Shown: positions 52,056 through 63,051, numbered from the stretch's first letter. The stretch: 64,000 nt of DNA from an uncultured Verrucomicrobiae bacterium (GCA_963718565.1 OY970364.1:32001-96000), one strand, 5' to 3'. A program made the numbers and translations. Notes: generated by a model not told the origin, from the letters alone.

Positions 52056-53426
52056 ATGCAAAAAGTATTAATTGCTAATCGCGGAGAAATTGCCGTACGC
52101 ATCATCCGAGCTTGTCACGATATGGGTTTGCAAACTGTTGCTGTCTATTCTCAAGCAGATGCTGAAGCTCTACACGTTCTCCATGCCGATGAGGCGATTT
52201 GCATTGGCGAAGCCCCTTCACAAAAATCTTACTTAAAGATCTCCAATATCCTTTCTGCCTGTGAAATTACTGGTGCTGATGCACTGCATCCCGGCTATGG
52301 TTTTTTAAGTGAAAATGCGAATTTTGCTTCGATCTGTGCAAGCTGCGGTGTTAATTTTATTGGTCCTTCTGCGGAGACTATCGCTCTTTTAGGAGATAAA
52401 GCTAAGGCCAAATCTACTGCAAAAAATGTGAAGTGCCCGATCATTCCTGGGTCCGATGGCGTCGTCGAAGATGTCAAAGAAGCGCTGAAAGAAGCTAAAC
52501 GCATTGGCTTTCCTATATTCATCAAAGCATCTGCTGGGGGCGGAGGAAAAGGAATACGCATTGCCTATGATCCTGAAGAATTTGTCAGACAGTTTTCCGC
52601 GGCACGGGCTGAAGCAGAAGTCAGTTTTAACAACCCCGATGTCTATCTCGAAAAGATGATTGTCAATCCGCGCCATATCGAGGTGCAGATTATTGGGGAC
52701 AAACATGGCAATTATGCCTATCTTGGAGAAAGAGATTGCACGATCCAACGCCGCCGTCAAAAACTGATTGAAGAAGCTCCTAGTCCGATTTTAACGTCTT
52801 CATTACGAAAAAAAATCTGTGAAGCAGCTGTTGAAATCGCCCGGGCGGCTAAATACCATTCTGTGGGCACTGTCGAATTTTTGCTGGATGGAGATCGTAA
52901 CTTTTATTTCATGGAAGTCAACACTCGGGTCCAAGTTGAACATACAATTACCGAAGAATTGACGGGGATCGATCTTGTCAAAGAGCAGATCAAGATTGCC
53001 ATAGGAGAAAAACTCAAGTTCAAGCAAAAGGACATCGCATTTAAAGGCCATATTATTCAACTTCGCATCAATGCGGAAAATCCTGCGAATAACTTTGCTC
53101 CCTCCCCGGGCAATTTAGAATATTATATTCCCCCTGGAGGGCCACACGTCAGAATCGATAGCGCCTGCTACTCAGGTTATCGCATTCCTCCCAATTATGA
53201 TTCGATGATTGCCAAGCTGATCGTGATGGGAAAAGATCGTGCAGAAGCGATTGCCATCGCCAAACGAGCTTTGCGGGAGTTTCACATTGGCGGTGTTTAC
53301 TCCACAATTCCTTTTCATCAATACATGCTGGACGACCCTAAGTTTCTCAGCAACGACTATGTCATCAATTACATCGATCAGCTGATTCTCGAAGGGTGCA
53401 CATTTACTCCCAATAAAAGCAATTAA
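52056..53426 (+). CDS. accC: Biotin carboxylase
   Basis: IANRGEIA, HPGYGFLSEN, GGGGKG, EVNTRVQVEH. Confidence 0.96.
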   Translation: MQKVLIANRGEIAVRIIRACHDMGLQTVAVYSQADAEALHVLHADEAICIGEAPSQKSYLKISNILSACEITGADALHPGYGFLSENANFASICASCGVNFIGPSAETIALLGDKAKAKSTAKNVKCPIIPGSDGVVEDVKEALKEAKRIGFPIFIKASAGGGGKGIRIAYDPEEFVRQFSAARAEAEVSFNNPDVYLEKMIVNPRHIEVQIIGDKHGNYAYLGERDCTIQRRRQKLIEEAPSPILTSSLRKKICEAAVEIARAAKYHSVGTVEFLLDGDRNFYFMEVNTRVQVEHTITEELTGIDLVKEQIKIAIGEKLKFKQKDIAFKGHIIQLRINAENPANNFAPSPGNLEYYIPPGGPHVRIDSACYSGYRIPPNYDSMIAKLIVMGKDRAEAIAIAKRALREFHIGGVYSTIPFHQYMLDDPKFLSNDYVINYIDQLILEGCTFTPNKSN

Positions 53427-53438
53427 AGAACCAATTCT

Positions 53439-53577
53439 GGGCGTAATTAAAAATGTTGAGGTTGGGTGCTTGAAGCTGGCCTCCATTTCATATGTCGGAA
53501 ACACGCCAGCGCCGTGTTTCCGACATATGAAATGGAGGCATTACTTCAATGCCTAGCCTCCACTTTGATTTACACCC
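53439..53577. mobile_element. Palindromic element family D
   Basis: Ends GGG(T/C)GTAA.T; perfect 27-bp inner stem at 53479-53505/53513-53539; CAATTCTG direct repeat at 53432 and 53580. Confidence 0.75.
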
Positions 53578-54452
53578 GTCAATTCTGCAACTGCTTTAGC
53601 AACATCATCTCCCTCTGTAATGCTGCAGTGTCCATGATTAGGCACAAAAGCATAGCGTGCTTTTTGATTGACTACCTTCATCAAAGTGGAATCATAATTC
53701 GGTACCAGCCAGTCATGGGGCGAGGCAATAAATGTATATTCGCGTATCCATCTAGTTGACATCTCGTTCCATTCTTTATTCAAGCATTGATTGCGTAAGG
53801 AGTCTATGGGCATTTCCTCTGCAATGGGTTGTGACATTAGCGGCGACAGTCTTAAGGCGTTGGCCAAATTCACTAAAGAAGATCCATTACCCGCCCCAAC
53901 AATTGATACAGAATGCAATTTTTTAAGATGCGATGGATGACGGGTATTGCTTTTTGACAACTCAATTTCAAGGGCGCGTGCAATGCGTGCGCCATTGGAT
54001 ATTCCTATTAAGACCAACTCTTTTTCACCCGGAGTATTGGCCCATTTTACAATCTTTTCGAAAATAGGTTTTACCGTAAGATCGAGTTTGGCGTGTCCTT
54101 TTTCGTTAACACGAGGGATAAAAATATCTGTTTCCGAAAGTGTCTTTTTTTGCATTTCGTCGGCAATCTTTTTAAATTGCAAAGGGTCATCACCAAGGCC
54201 GTGTATGCAAACAATGAGTCTTTTTTTTGTAAAGTCCTTGTTTTGAGCATTTATCAATGATTCCCATTGCTTTTCAGCTTGATGCATACTCCGATTTATC
54301 TTGTTGAAAACCCCGATCAAAAAATTTCCACAACTTCGAATGAAGTCGATAACCTTTTTTATTGTATGAGTCTGCTCGTAATAATCAATGCAAGAACGTG
54401 GATTGTCAAAGAATGCAACGCCATGAATTAATGATGTTGGCTTTATAGTCAT
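53553..54452 (-). CDS. Alpha/beta-hydrolase fold protein
   Basis: IHGLG, GISNG nucleophile elbow, DWLVP, GH; stop codon lies inside the family D element. Confidence 0.7.
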   Translation of the reverse strand: MTIKPTSLIHGVAFFDNPRSCIDYYEQTHTIKKVIDFIRSCGNFLIGVFNKINRSMHQAEKQWESLINAQNKDFTKKRLIVCIHGLGDDPLQFKKIADEMQKKTLSETDIFIPRVNEKGHAKLDLTVKPIFEKIVKWANTPGEKELVLIGISNGARIARALEIELSKSNTRHPSHLKKLHSVSIVGAGNGSSLVNLANALRLSPLMSQPIAEEMPIDSLRNQCLNKEWNEMSTRWIREYTFIASPHDWLVPNYDSTLMKVVNQKARYAFVPNHGHCSITEGDDVAKAVAELTGVNQSGG

Positions 54453-54559
54453 TATTTAAATTTCTCCTCTGAATGATATGTTTTGTATTAAAGAGAGTAA
54501 GTTTAGAACATAAGAAAGATAAAGTCCAATAATTGCGTCAAATGAAACAGCCTCTGATC

Positions 54560-54686
54560 GTACGTCCTTAAAAACTCATGGCAAAAGTTGAAGACCATTT
54601 TGATCCATGCCAAACTTACCACTTATCGATCTTGATTGGGCACGGATCGAAATGGTCTTCAACTTTTGCCAGAGTCTTCAAGGAAG
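54560..54686. mobile_element. Family C MITE, fold-back variant
   Basis: First 51 bp identical to the element starting at 62746; long imperfect stem. Confidence 0.8.
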
Positions 54687-55089
54687 TTAATGTACGTGCT
54701 ACCAGTCAAGGTGTGGCCGGAGAAGCCAAGGAACAGCTGAATAGCTTAAGGGTTGAAGGCAAACAGCTGCGACAGCAATGCATTGAAGCGGGATTGGTTG
54801 GTTTTATCAGCTTGGAAGCATGTTGGTAAGGCAGAGGTGCATGAACTATACTATTCATGATTGGATTCTGTAAAATTTTAAATTTCCCTAAAAAATATTT
54901 CAGCGATAGTGGATAATGCTTCTATGCAAAAGTTGTCCAATGAGCAGCGTTTATATTTAGAACAGCTTGTAAAAAAAACAAGAGATGTCAACGAACGGAA
55001 CCGTGTATGCGTCATTTTAGGTAGGGATGATTGCCACAGTCCAGGGGAAATAGCGGCGATTTTAAGAATTAGCGAGTCGTCCGTTTATG

Positions 55090-56390
55090 CAGGGCCATTT
55101 AACTAAAATGTTTTGACATTTTCGAACAGAAAAATGTTGCCAAAATTCCCTTTAAGTACCCACCACCGAAAGTTGCTGCGCGCCTTACGGAGGCGAGCCC
55201 CCTTTCTGGATCTACAACTGCAGCCATGTTCATAGCCAAACGTCGAAACAACCCCATGTTCTCCGCACTATTCCCTCTATCCGTCAATGCATAATCCTCT
55301 TCAAAAATCACATCAGCTACCCAATGGCATTTGTTTTCTATGCTCCAGTGCTGTCGGGTCCATTTAGCAAAATCTTTGGCAGATGCTCGACGACTCGAAA
55401 TATATAGCCGTCTAAATACCTCATTGGCAGTAGATCCAAGTTTTTGCCTCGTGGACCTTACTTCGATGAGACAGACTAAGTTTTTCCATTTGCCCGCATT
55501 TGGCAACCAGTCCAGGTCCTCGACGACTCGTACTTCTCGAATGTCGATTCGACCATGGCCTTTATCTACTTCCTGGTGAAACGAATGGGGGACTTCCTCC
55601 CATTCGACTGCGTGAGCTTGATCAAAAAAATTCTCCATTTCAGCGCACAGCGTTGGCTGGTTGTCCTTAACAGCCAGCAGATAATCTGCCTTCGCATCAA
55701 CGATTTGTTCTGCCGATTCGGCTACGGTGAAATGTGCATCTCCTGAAATAATCGCCCCCTCTACATTCACTTGCTCCAAAATGATTGGTAACGTGCTCTT
55801 TTCGACTGTTTTATTTGGGACCTTTTCCACGGCAAGACATAATCGATCCTCCGCTGCGAATAGCTCCACTACGTGTGTGACACCGCCTAGGAAATTTGCG
55901 CCTTTCATCCGTTTACCATCGATCGCCAATAGCTGATCGCGCAATGAAGCAGGAATTTTGCTGAACCATTTTTGCAAGTAGTGCTTGAGCGCACCAGGGG
56001 GTGTTTTCACTAAAAACCACCAGAGCGCTCCATGGGAAGGTGCTGAGAGCTCCTCACCTAGCAGAGAAGAAAACCACTCCTCCTGCAGAGAAACATATTC
56101 AGCGATTTCCTCAATCGTATTGCATCCACAAAAGAATCCGCAGAGAATAACAAGAGTCAAATACCAAACTGGATATAAGACACGTTTTTGATTACGTCGA
56201 TAATCAGGGAAATCTGCAAACTCTCCCTTGACGGTTTCCGCGAATACACGGGCATCAAAATTCTTACTAGCTTCTAGGATTGTGGCGTCGATTGGCTTAC
56301 GGCGTGACATAATAGGTCCTCCAAATTTGAGGAATTTATTATGCCATCTTAGCTGATCTGGTATCAAAAATTTTTAGTTAAATGGCCCTG
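55090..56390 (-). mobile_element. ISAs1 family element (1301 bp)
   Basis: 19-bp TIR CAGGGCCATTTAACTAAAA; 10-bp TSD TCCGTTTATG at 55080-55089 and 56391-56400. Confidence 0.95.
55099..56310 (-). CDS. ISAs1 transposase
   Basis: AIDGK, GDA, K.NQPTL, GHGRI..R, HWSIEN..HW..D..F.ED. Confidence 0.93.
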   Translation of the reverse strand: MSRRKPIDATILEASKNFDARVFAETVKGEFADFPDYRRNQKRVLYPVWYLTLVILCGFFCGCNTIEEIAEYVSLQEEWFSSLLGEELSAPSHGALWWFLVKTPPGALKHYLQKWFSKIPASLRDQLLAIDGKRMKGANFLGGVTHVVELFAAEDRLCLAVEKVPNKTVEKSTLPIILEQVNVEGAIISGDAHFTVAESAEQIVDAKADYLLAVKDNQPTLCAEMENFFDQAHAVEWEEVPHSFHQEVDKGHGRIDIREVRVVEDLDWLPNAGKWKNLVCLIEVRSTRQKLGSTANEVFRRLYISSRRASAKDFAKWTRQHWSIENKCHWVADVIFEEDYALTDRGNSAENMGLFRRLAMNMAAVVDPERGLASVRRAATFGGGYLKGILATFFCSKMSKHFS

Positions 56391-57281
56391 TCCGTTTATG
56401 ATTATCAAAGAGAATACGATGCCAAGCAAAAAACTATCAATGGTCCACATTTGGGAAAGGCCTCCAAGTTAACCCTAGACCAAGAAGATGCGCTGAGGAG
56501 ACATTTGAGTCAAATAACGTATCTCAAAATGAGCAAAATTTGTCTCTACGTTCTAGACGCATATCAAGTGAAATACACTGTGGCTGGTATGACAAATTGG
56601 TTGAAGAGGCATGGATTTGTTTATAAACATCCAATCAAAGTACCAGGAAAGCTCGATCCCGAAAAACAAGCTGCGTTCCTTAAAAAATACAATGAATTGA
56701 AAGCCGGTCTCCAAGAAGGCGAGAAAATTTTCTTTGGAGATGCTGTACACCCTGAGTATCAGAGCCAGTCTGTGGCTGGGTGGATCCTAAAAAACGAAAT
56801 AAAGACATTAGGAACAACCGCTAAGCAAGAGCGATTGCATTTTATTGGTGCCATTGAATTGACTGCAATGCAAGTCGTGACGAAGGAATATAGCACTGTG
56901 GATGCTGCAAGTGCGGTCGATTTTCTCCAAACGTTAGCGGCTAATACAGATGCAAAAAAAATCCACTTAATCTTAGACAACGGCAGATCAAACAAGAATA
57001 AGGAAGTGCAAAAATATTTGGATAGCCAAACCAAAATTCAAATACACTACTTACCTCCGTATTCCCCAAATTTGAATGCTATTGAGCGTTTATGGAAAGT
57101 TATGAGAGAGTGTGTTACTTATAATACACTGTATTCAAAATTCAATGAATTTACTGAGAAAATTAGAGATTTTTTCAACACTGGCGTTATTAATTTAAAA
57201 GACATGCTGAAAAAGCGAATTAACGACAATTTCCAAACAATTGAACTCAATCCTCTCCAGACTTCAATTTTCTAGAGTATA

Positions 57282-57437
57282 TACTATTCATGATTGGATT
57301 CTGTAAAATTTTAAATTTCCCTAAAAAATATTTCAGCGATAGTGGATAATGCTTCTATGCAAGAGTTGTCCAATGAGCAGCGTTTATATTTAGAACAGCT
57401 TGTAAAAAAAACAAGAGATGTCAACGAACGGAACCGT
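57282..57437 (+). mobile_element. IS630 copy 3, a 156-bp left-end fragment joined head-to-tail to copy 2
   Basis: Matches the copy 2 left end (one SNP) and follows a shared TA at 57280-57281. Confidence 0.9.
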
Positions 57438-57517
57438 TGTCTAGCATTTGGGCTACCGATCCAAGATCGGAAGATCGATGAAAATGCAATCGCTAACAGG
57501 AGAGCCGAATAAAAACA

Positions 57518-58435
57518 ATGAAAGGGATTATTCTCGCAGGTGGACAAGGAACTCGGCTTTATCCGGTCACATTGAGCACATGTAAGCAACTTTTGCCTGT
57601 TTACGACAAGCCGATGATTTATTACCCGTTATCCGTTCTGATGATGTCGGGAATTCAGGAAATTTTGATCATTTCGACCCTCGAAGATCTTCCTCGTTTT
57701 AGGCAATTGTTCCATGATGGAGTCCATCTTGGATTAAGCATTTCTTATGCTGTGCAAGAAAGACCAGAAGGAATTGCCCAAGCCTTTTTGATTGGCGAAG
57801 ATTTTATCGGCGATGACAATGTCGCTCTCATTTTAGGCGACAACATTTTCTACGGACACCACCTTTCATCCTTAGTTTCTTCTTGTCGTTTTCTGGAGAA
57901 AGGAGCGATCATTTTTGGGTATGAGGTCAAAGATCCGCAACGCTATGGGATTGTCGAGTTCGATGACACAGGCAAAGTGACAGCCATTGTTGAAAAGCCC
58001 CAATTTCCTAAATCCAATTTTGCAGTCACAGGACTCTATTTTTATGACAATGACGTCATCGACATTGCCCGTCATTTAAAACCTTCAAAGCGTGGAGAAT
58101 ACGAGATTACTGATGTCAATCGGGTCTATCTTGAGCGGGGCGATCTGAACTTACGCCTGTTTGATCGAGGTTTTGCCTGGTTGGATACTGGCACACACTC
58201 TTCATTACAACAGGCTTCCAACTATGTGCAAACACTCCAAGAAAGACAAGGCATCAGTATTGCATGCCTAGAAGAGATCGCCTATAAAATGGGTTTTATT
58301 TCTCGTGAGGAACTCGAAAAGCGCGTTGCACTCCTTTTGAAAAGCGATTATGGCCAATACTTAAAACAGATGATCGAGCGGGATATACTGCGCCTCCGTC
58401 ATCATGCTGCTCCAGCGATCACGAACTTTTCTTGA
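57518..58435 (+). CDS. rfbA: Glucose-1-phosphate thymidylyltransferase
   Basis: [40 protein letters not shown]. Confidence 0.95.
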   Translation: MKGIILAGGQGTRLYPVTLSTCKQLLPVYDKPMIYYPLSVLMMSGIQEILIISTLEDLPRFRQLFHDGVHLGLSISYAVQERPEGIAQAFLIGEDFIGDDNVALILGDNIFYGHHLSSLVSSCRFLEKGAIIFGYEVKDPQRYGIVEFDDTGKVTAIVEKPQFPKSNFAVTGLYFYDNDVIDIARHLKPSKRGEYEITDVNRVYLERGDLNLRLFDRGFAWLDTGTHSSLQQASNYVQTLQERQGISIACLEEIAYKMGFISREELEKRVALLLKSDYGQYLKQMIERDILRLRHHAAPAITNFS

Positions 58436-59330
58436 AAAATTTTGTCCGTTGGCGCTTCTTAAACGGCATCACGCCCTGTTTTCCATAGACAACCTCATGC
58501 AAGTCTTCGATTGCCATGAAAGCGGTTGGATCTACCCGCAGGACAATTTCTTTCAGCTCAGATAAGTCTAAACGCTCGATGATCACAAAGAGAATTTCAC
58601 GCGTATCTCCAGAAAATCCTCCTTTGCCATGCATAATTGTTAGGCCGAGCCCTAGTTCATTCATGATGGCGTTGCCTAATTCTTTAGGTTTGGAAGAGAT
58701 GATGAGCGCGGATTTCAGTTCATCGAGTCCCACAATGACAAGATCGATCATTTTGAACGCCACGATGTAGGTCATGAGTGAACGCAAAGCGATGTGCCAA
58801 TCATGGAAAATCCAGCCATAAGCCGCAAAAATAAAGACATTGATAAAGAGGACAACTTGGCCGACGGTGAATCCTGTGCGTCGGTTAATTAAGATCGCTA
58901 AAATTTCTGTACCGTCTAAGCACCCGCCATGGCGGATGATGAGCCCAACGCCAATCCCTAAAATTGCGCCGCCAAAGACAATAATTTCCAAAGGATCCCC
59001 AATGAATGCTGGAGTTGTACGCAAAAGCATTAAAAATCCTGCGAACAAAAATACTGCGACGAGCATGTGGAGTACAAACGAACGGCGGATATACGTGAAG
59101 GCCCAATAAATAAATGGGATGTTTAGCAAAATCATCACATAGGAGAGATAGTTGTCGCCGTAAAGACGAGAGATAATCAAAGCAATACCGACGACGCCTC
59201 CATCGATCAATTGATTGGGAAAAAGAAAGATGCGGATAGCAACTGCAGCCAAAAATGCGCCCAAGGCGAGCCAAAAAAACGTCACGACGTAATGGAGATA
59301 GGTCTTAGCTGTTGTCTGAGAACCCGGCAT
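58419..59330 (-). CDS. YitT family membrane protein
   Basis: [17 protein letters not shown]-terminal DUF2179-like domain; probable start MPGSQ. Confidence 0.88.
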   Translation of the reverse strand: MPGSQTTAKTYLHYVVTFFWLALGAFLAAVAIRIFLFPNQLIDGGVVGIALIISRLYGDNYLSYVMILLNIPFIYWAFTYIRRSFVLHMLVAVFLFAGFLMLLRTTPAFIGDPLEIIVFGGAILGIGVGLIIRHGGCLDGTEILAILINRRTGFTVGQVVLFINVFIFAAYGWIFHDWHIALRSLMTYIVAFKMIDLVIVGLDELKSALIISSKPKELGNAIMNELGLGLTIMHGKGGFSGDTREILFVIIERLDLSELKEIVLRVDPTAFMAIEDLHEVVYGKQGVMPFKKRQRTKFFKKSS

Positions 59331-59351
59331 AAACAATACACCCAATATAAC

Positions 59352-59462
59352 GAGGGAATTGCAAAACTCTTCGCCGCCGCCAACCGAACCCGCTGTGCGG
59401 GTTCTGGCAACAGGTGCCAAGATCATCGATTTTCTACTGGCGAGGAGTTTTGCAATTCCCTC
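59352..59462. mobile_element. Family A MITE, 111 bp
   Basis: 24-bp TIR with one mismatch; flanks TAAC/TAAT; internal GAACCCGC/GCGGGTTC hairpin. Confidence 0.85.
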
Positions 59463-59526
59463 TAATTTTCCAAGAATAACTTCTTTTTGCAGGATTGTAC
59501 AGAAAATTTAGTCGTGAAAAACTGCA

Positions 59527-59560
59527 GAGGGAATTGCAAAACTCTTCGCCGCATAAAATC
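59527..59560. mobile_element. Family A left-arm fragment just downstream of tRNA-Val
   Basis: Matches 2624-2657 with one mismatch. Confidence 0.75.
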
Positions 59561-59579
59561 GCGCTGTTTTAAGGGAATT

Positions 59580-59652
59580 TGGGCGCAACAGGACTCGAAC
59601 CTATGACCACCTGTGTGTAAGACAGGCGCTCTACCAACTGAGCTATACGCCC
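59580..59652 (-). tRNA. tRNA-Val(TAC)
   Basis: Cloverleaf GGGCGTA/TGCGCCC, anticodon loop CTTACAC, GGTTCGAGTCC; CCA not encoded. Confidence 0.93.
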
Positions 59653-59953
59653 GATGCGAAAAAAGGCATAGCTTAAAGCGCATTGCGATTTTTCTCAAGC
59701 GCTTTTCATCCGCCCTTCCTCTCGAAGGGCCGGGGTTTTCGTGATCTCCATACTCAATAAATAACAGATATTTGCTCATTTTTAATAACTTTAGTTTTAA
59801 AACATTAAAGTAAATAATTTAATTGTTATTAAATTTATTTAATAAATTGTCCACAACATGCTATTTTGATGTTGTTTAATGTTGAAAAAATATTAATTAT
59901 TGTAATATAATATAATTACTTGTGAGATAAAATTTTTTTTTAGGAGAAAACCT

Positions 59954-62644
59954 ATGGCGATTTCAACGGTCAATAGCGGAAGAGTTAATTTTGAAATGGC
60001 TAATCAACTTTTTCACTCCGTCGCTCTGCCCAATCAACAGACTATTCCTGATGAGTATGACGCATTGCAATCTTATCTCGATGAACTCAATCCAGGCAGC
60101 AGAAATTACGGTACCTTACCTGAACACCGGAAAATAACTTTGGAGAAAAAGATTAGCCAGCTTTTTAAAGAGATCGAACTCAAATTGCATCCCATCCATT
60201 TAAGCACCTCTGAAATCCTCAAAAACCAATACGATGCAGTTCAAGCGTTGATGCGGGGATTGCCTTCTTTGTCCTCCCCTAAGCAATTTCATTTGGCGAT
60301 AAAAGAACTACACCCTGAACTTCAGCAAAAAATCTATTACGCAGCTTGGCTCGCTTCAGGCGCTAATCCTGTAAACCGGTCTGGTCATACAGATCTTGAA
60401 ACTCCTGGAATATTGCAACGAAAGTTTCCGCCGTTATTTGCTTTTATGGAAGGAACCTTGCTAGAGCAGATTTCTGCGGACCTCTGGATGGAACATCAAC
60501 GGGCTCTACATCAAGAAAATGGTGAACAACAGCAGTTGGAACATTTGACTCAGCAAAGAGACAACGATAAAAAGATCATTTTTGAAACTCTTTTTAAGGA
60601 GATCAAAACCAATAATTTTCAAATGCAAGCGCTTTTCGATACCTTACCTAATAGTGTAAAAACCCAAGTTCCACAACCGCCTTATTATGGCCGCGGTTTT
60701 GATCCTGAACTTTATAACACCCTTGGTGCCCATTATGACAACACGACGGGAAAGACGATGTTTCGCGTCTACGCTCCCCATGCACGCGAGATCAAGTTAA
60801 ATTTAACGGCCTGGGGCAATGTTGAGCACACCCTCCAGATGATTAAAAAAGAAGACGGGGTATGGGAAGTTCAGACTGGGGACGCCAAACCAGGGCGGTC
60901 TTATCATTTTATGATCGTTGGCAAGAATGGCGGTGCGCCTTTTAAAAAAATCGATCCCTTTGCCTTTGGCAACATCATTCATCGTCGTGAGCCGCCAGGC
61001 AATCATGAATCGATCGTGCGCGACATTCATAAAGAATTTAACTGGACGGATAATTCTTGGATCACCACCGATCGCGTGAAGATCAATCCAGCAAAAACCC
61101 CAATAGTCATTTATGAAATTCATCCCCCCACATGGAAAAAACAGACAAACGGCAACCCGCTGAATTGGCGCGATCTCGCAGTTGAGCTCAGCAACTATTG
61201 TAAAGACATCGGTTATACCCATGTCGAATTGATGGCCCTGTTAGAGCATCCGCAGCCAGTTTCTATGGGATATCAAGTCACGAGCTTTTTCACACCGAAT
61301 AGTGACATGGGTTCCATCGAAGATCTCCAATACTTTGTGAATTATCTTCACGAACAAAAAATCGGTGTGATTGCAGATTGGATACCTGCCCACTTTGCCA
61401 TCGATGAATTTAGTCTATGTTCTTTTGACGGCACTCCGCTTTTTGAAGATGATAATCCCCATTTCGCGAGCCACCCTGAGTGGGGAACTTATGAGTTTGA
61501 TTTCAAAAAACAGTTTACTAAAGATTTCTTAGGATCCAACCTCGAGTACATCTTACGCGAGTTTCACTTTGATGCCGTCAGGGTTGATGGTGTGCAATCG
61601 ATGCTTAACCTCAGCTATGGAAGAAAAGGAGGATCTCGAGTCAATACATTGGGGACTGAGCACAACTTGGATGCCAAAACTTGGTTACGAAACATCAATA
61701 CTTTTGTCCATAATAAACATCCTGGAGTGCTTATGATTGCTGAAGAAGCAGGGGGGTTTCCGAATCTTACACGCCCTGTGACAGAAAGAGGGGTTCACAC
61801 AAACACTCGTGGTGTCGGCTTTGATCTGACATGGCATATGTGGTTCATGACTAAGGTTTTGGATTATTTCTCAATACCACCTCATTTAAGGACCTTCTCT
61901 TATGACTTGTTTAGCTCCACTATCAAAGATGTCGATTACAGCGAAGATTGCCGTCCCCGAGGACACGTCGTCCTTGCGTTCTCGCATGATGAATTTAAAC
62001 AGCAAAAAGGATCGCCTTATGCCAAAATGGGAGGACGTTCCGCTTATGAAAAATTTGCTAGTGCTCGCGTTTGGCTCGCCTATCACATTTTTAGAGGCGG
62101 CGGAGGCTTTTTGGACTTTATGGGTACTCCTATCCTCCAAACAGAAGAGTGGCACTGGCGTTTGATCAGAGGCCTTACGGCTGTTCAGTGGGAACTACTC
62201 TATCCAAGCAATCCTGACCATAAATACCATATCGGTGTCCGTGAGAGTCGCAAAGCTTTACTCCGTCTTTATCGCGATAATCCAGGATTGCAGGACCAAA
62301 CAGATGCGGGTATTTCTTGGATCGATGGGAAGGATTCTGAGAATTGCGTGCTCAGCATCCATCGCAGAGGGGGCAATCAACAATTTGCCTGCATCTTCAA
62401 CACCTCTGATAGAGATCTCCAAGATTATATGATTCCTTTGCCTAATGCTTCCTATGCTCCAGAATTGGACAGGCTCGTCGGGATTAAAGAAGTGTATAAT
62501 ACGGATGATGTTGCTTTTGGCGGAGAAGGAAGATTAAATGCCTCTGTTGAGATTATTCGTGATTCGTACTCAAATCGCCCTACGCACTTAAGATTGCGCC
62601 TCCCTCCCTGCACTGCAGTTGTGTTGGAAGAGCAATTTTCTTAA
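59954..62644 (+). CDS. glgB: 1,4-alpha-glucan branching enzyme with an N-terminal extension of about 230 aa
   Basis: FRVYAP (CBM48), IYEIH, GYTHVEL, VRVDGV, IAEE, FSHDE. Confidence 0.85.
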   Translation: MAISTVNSGRVNFEMANQLFHSVALPNQQTIPDEYDALQSYLDELNPGSRNYGTLPEHRKITLEKKISQLFKEIELKLHPIHLSTSEILKNQYDAVQALMRGLPSLSSPKQFHLAIKELHPELQQKIYYAAWLASGANPVNRSGHTDLETPGILQRKFPPLFAFMEGTLLEQISADLWMEHQRALHQENGEQQQLEHLTQQRDNDKKIIFETLFKEIKTNNFQMQALFDTLPNSVKTQVPQPPYYGRGFDPELYNTLGAHYDNTTGKTMFRVYAPHAREIKLNLTAWGNVEHTLQMIKKEDGVWEVQTGDAKPGRSYHFMIVGKNGGAPFKKIDPFAFGNIIHRREPPGNHESIVRDIHKEFNWTDNSWITTDRVKINPAKTPIVIYEIHPPTWKKQTNGNPLNWRDLAVELSNYCKDIGYTHVELMALLEHPQPVSMGYQVTSFFTPNSDMGSIEDLQYFVNYLHEQKIGVIADWIPAHFAIDEFSLCSFDGTPLFEDDNPHFASHPEWGTYEFDFKKQFTKDFLGSNLEYILREFHFDAVRVDGVQSMLNLSYGRKGGSRVNTLGTEHNLDAKTWLRNINTFVHNKHPGVLMIAEEAGGFPNLTRPVTERGVHTNTRGVGFDLTWHMWFMTKVLDYFSIPPHLRTFSYDLFSSTIKDVDYSEDCRPRGHVVLAFSHDEFKQQKGSPYAKMGGRSAYEKFASARVWLAYHIFRGGGGFLDFMGTPILQTEEWHWRLIRGLTAVQWELLYPSNPDHKYHIGVRESRKALLRLYRDNPGLQDQTDAGISWIDGKDSENCVLSIHRRGGNQQFACIFNTSDRDLQDYMIPLPNASYAPELDRLVGIKEVYNTDDVAFGGEGRLNASVEIIRDSYSNRPTHLRLRLPPCTAVVLEEQFS

Positions 62645-62745
62645 AACAGTTTCTTTTCCCAAAAGTGGTTGAAAAGCCCCTTTTTGTTTTTTAGAATCAA
62701 TTATAAGAGGGAATTGCAAAACTAACGCGAAAAGGACATTTTTTC

Positions 62746-62876
62746 GTACGTCCTTAAAAACTCATGGCAAAAGTTGAAGACCATTTTGATCCATGCCTGA
62801 TTGAGATCGATAAATGCAAAGCCTGGCATGGATCCAAATGATATTCAGTGCTTGCCATAGGTTTTTGAGGATGTAC
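62746..62876. mobile_element. Family C MITE, complete (131 bp)
   Basis: Ends GTACGTCCTTAAAAAC and GTTTTTGAGGATGTAC; 8-bp TSD ATTTTTTC at 62738-62745 and 62877-62884. Confidence 0.88.
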
Positions 62877-62935
62877 ATTTTTTCGGGGTCTTATTTGCTA
62901 AAACCTGTTTCAGACCCGAAAAACCATCCTTAGTT

Positions 62936-63051
62936 GTAACAAGCTGCTGCTGCTTTTCCGTCAACGGATCAAGCTGTTCTTCCAGCTGAGGAAAAAGTGT
63001 TTCTTGAATTTTGCTCCAATACTGTGATAACGTAGCTGCCAATTGACTCAT
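62936..63051 (-). pseudogene. Transposase N-terminal remnant (probably IS5/IS1182-like)
   Basis: MSQLAATLSQYWSKIQETLFPQLEEQLDPLTEKQQQLV resembles DDE transposase N-termini and lies inside the TIRs. Confidence 0.6.

Larger units (their letters stand above)
54849..57279 (+). mobile_element. IS630 copy 2, interrupted by ISAs1
   Basis: Same ends as copy 1 with TA flanks; transposase split into 54909-55089 and 56391-57275. Confidence 0.93.

Noticed and set aside
54578..54829. 83-aa ORF MAKVEDHF...
   Set aside because: It begins within a family C repeat and is probably a chimeric or chance ORF.
59331..59426. N-terminal extension of YitT
   Set aside because: It is read-through from the family A MITE; there is no evidence it is translated.
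59462..59779. 105-aa ORF spanning the tRNA
   Set aside because: It overlaps tRNA-Val and repeats, so it is spurious.
59770..59945. Very AT-rich tract as a possible replication origin
   Set aside because: No clear DnaA-box cluster or origin-associated genes; it is more likely a divergent promoter region.
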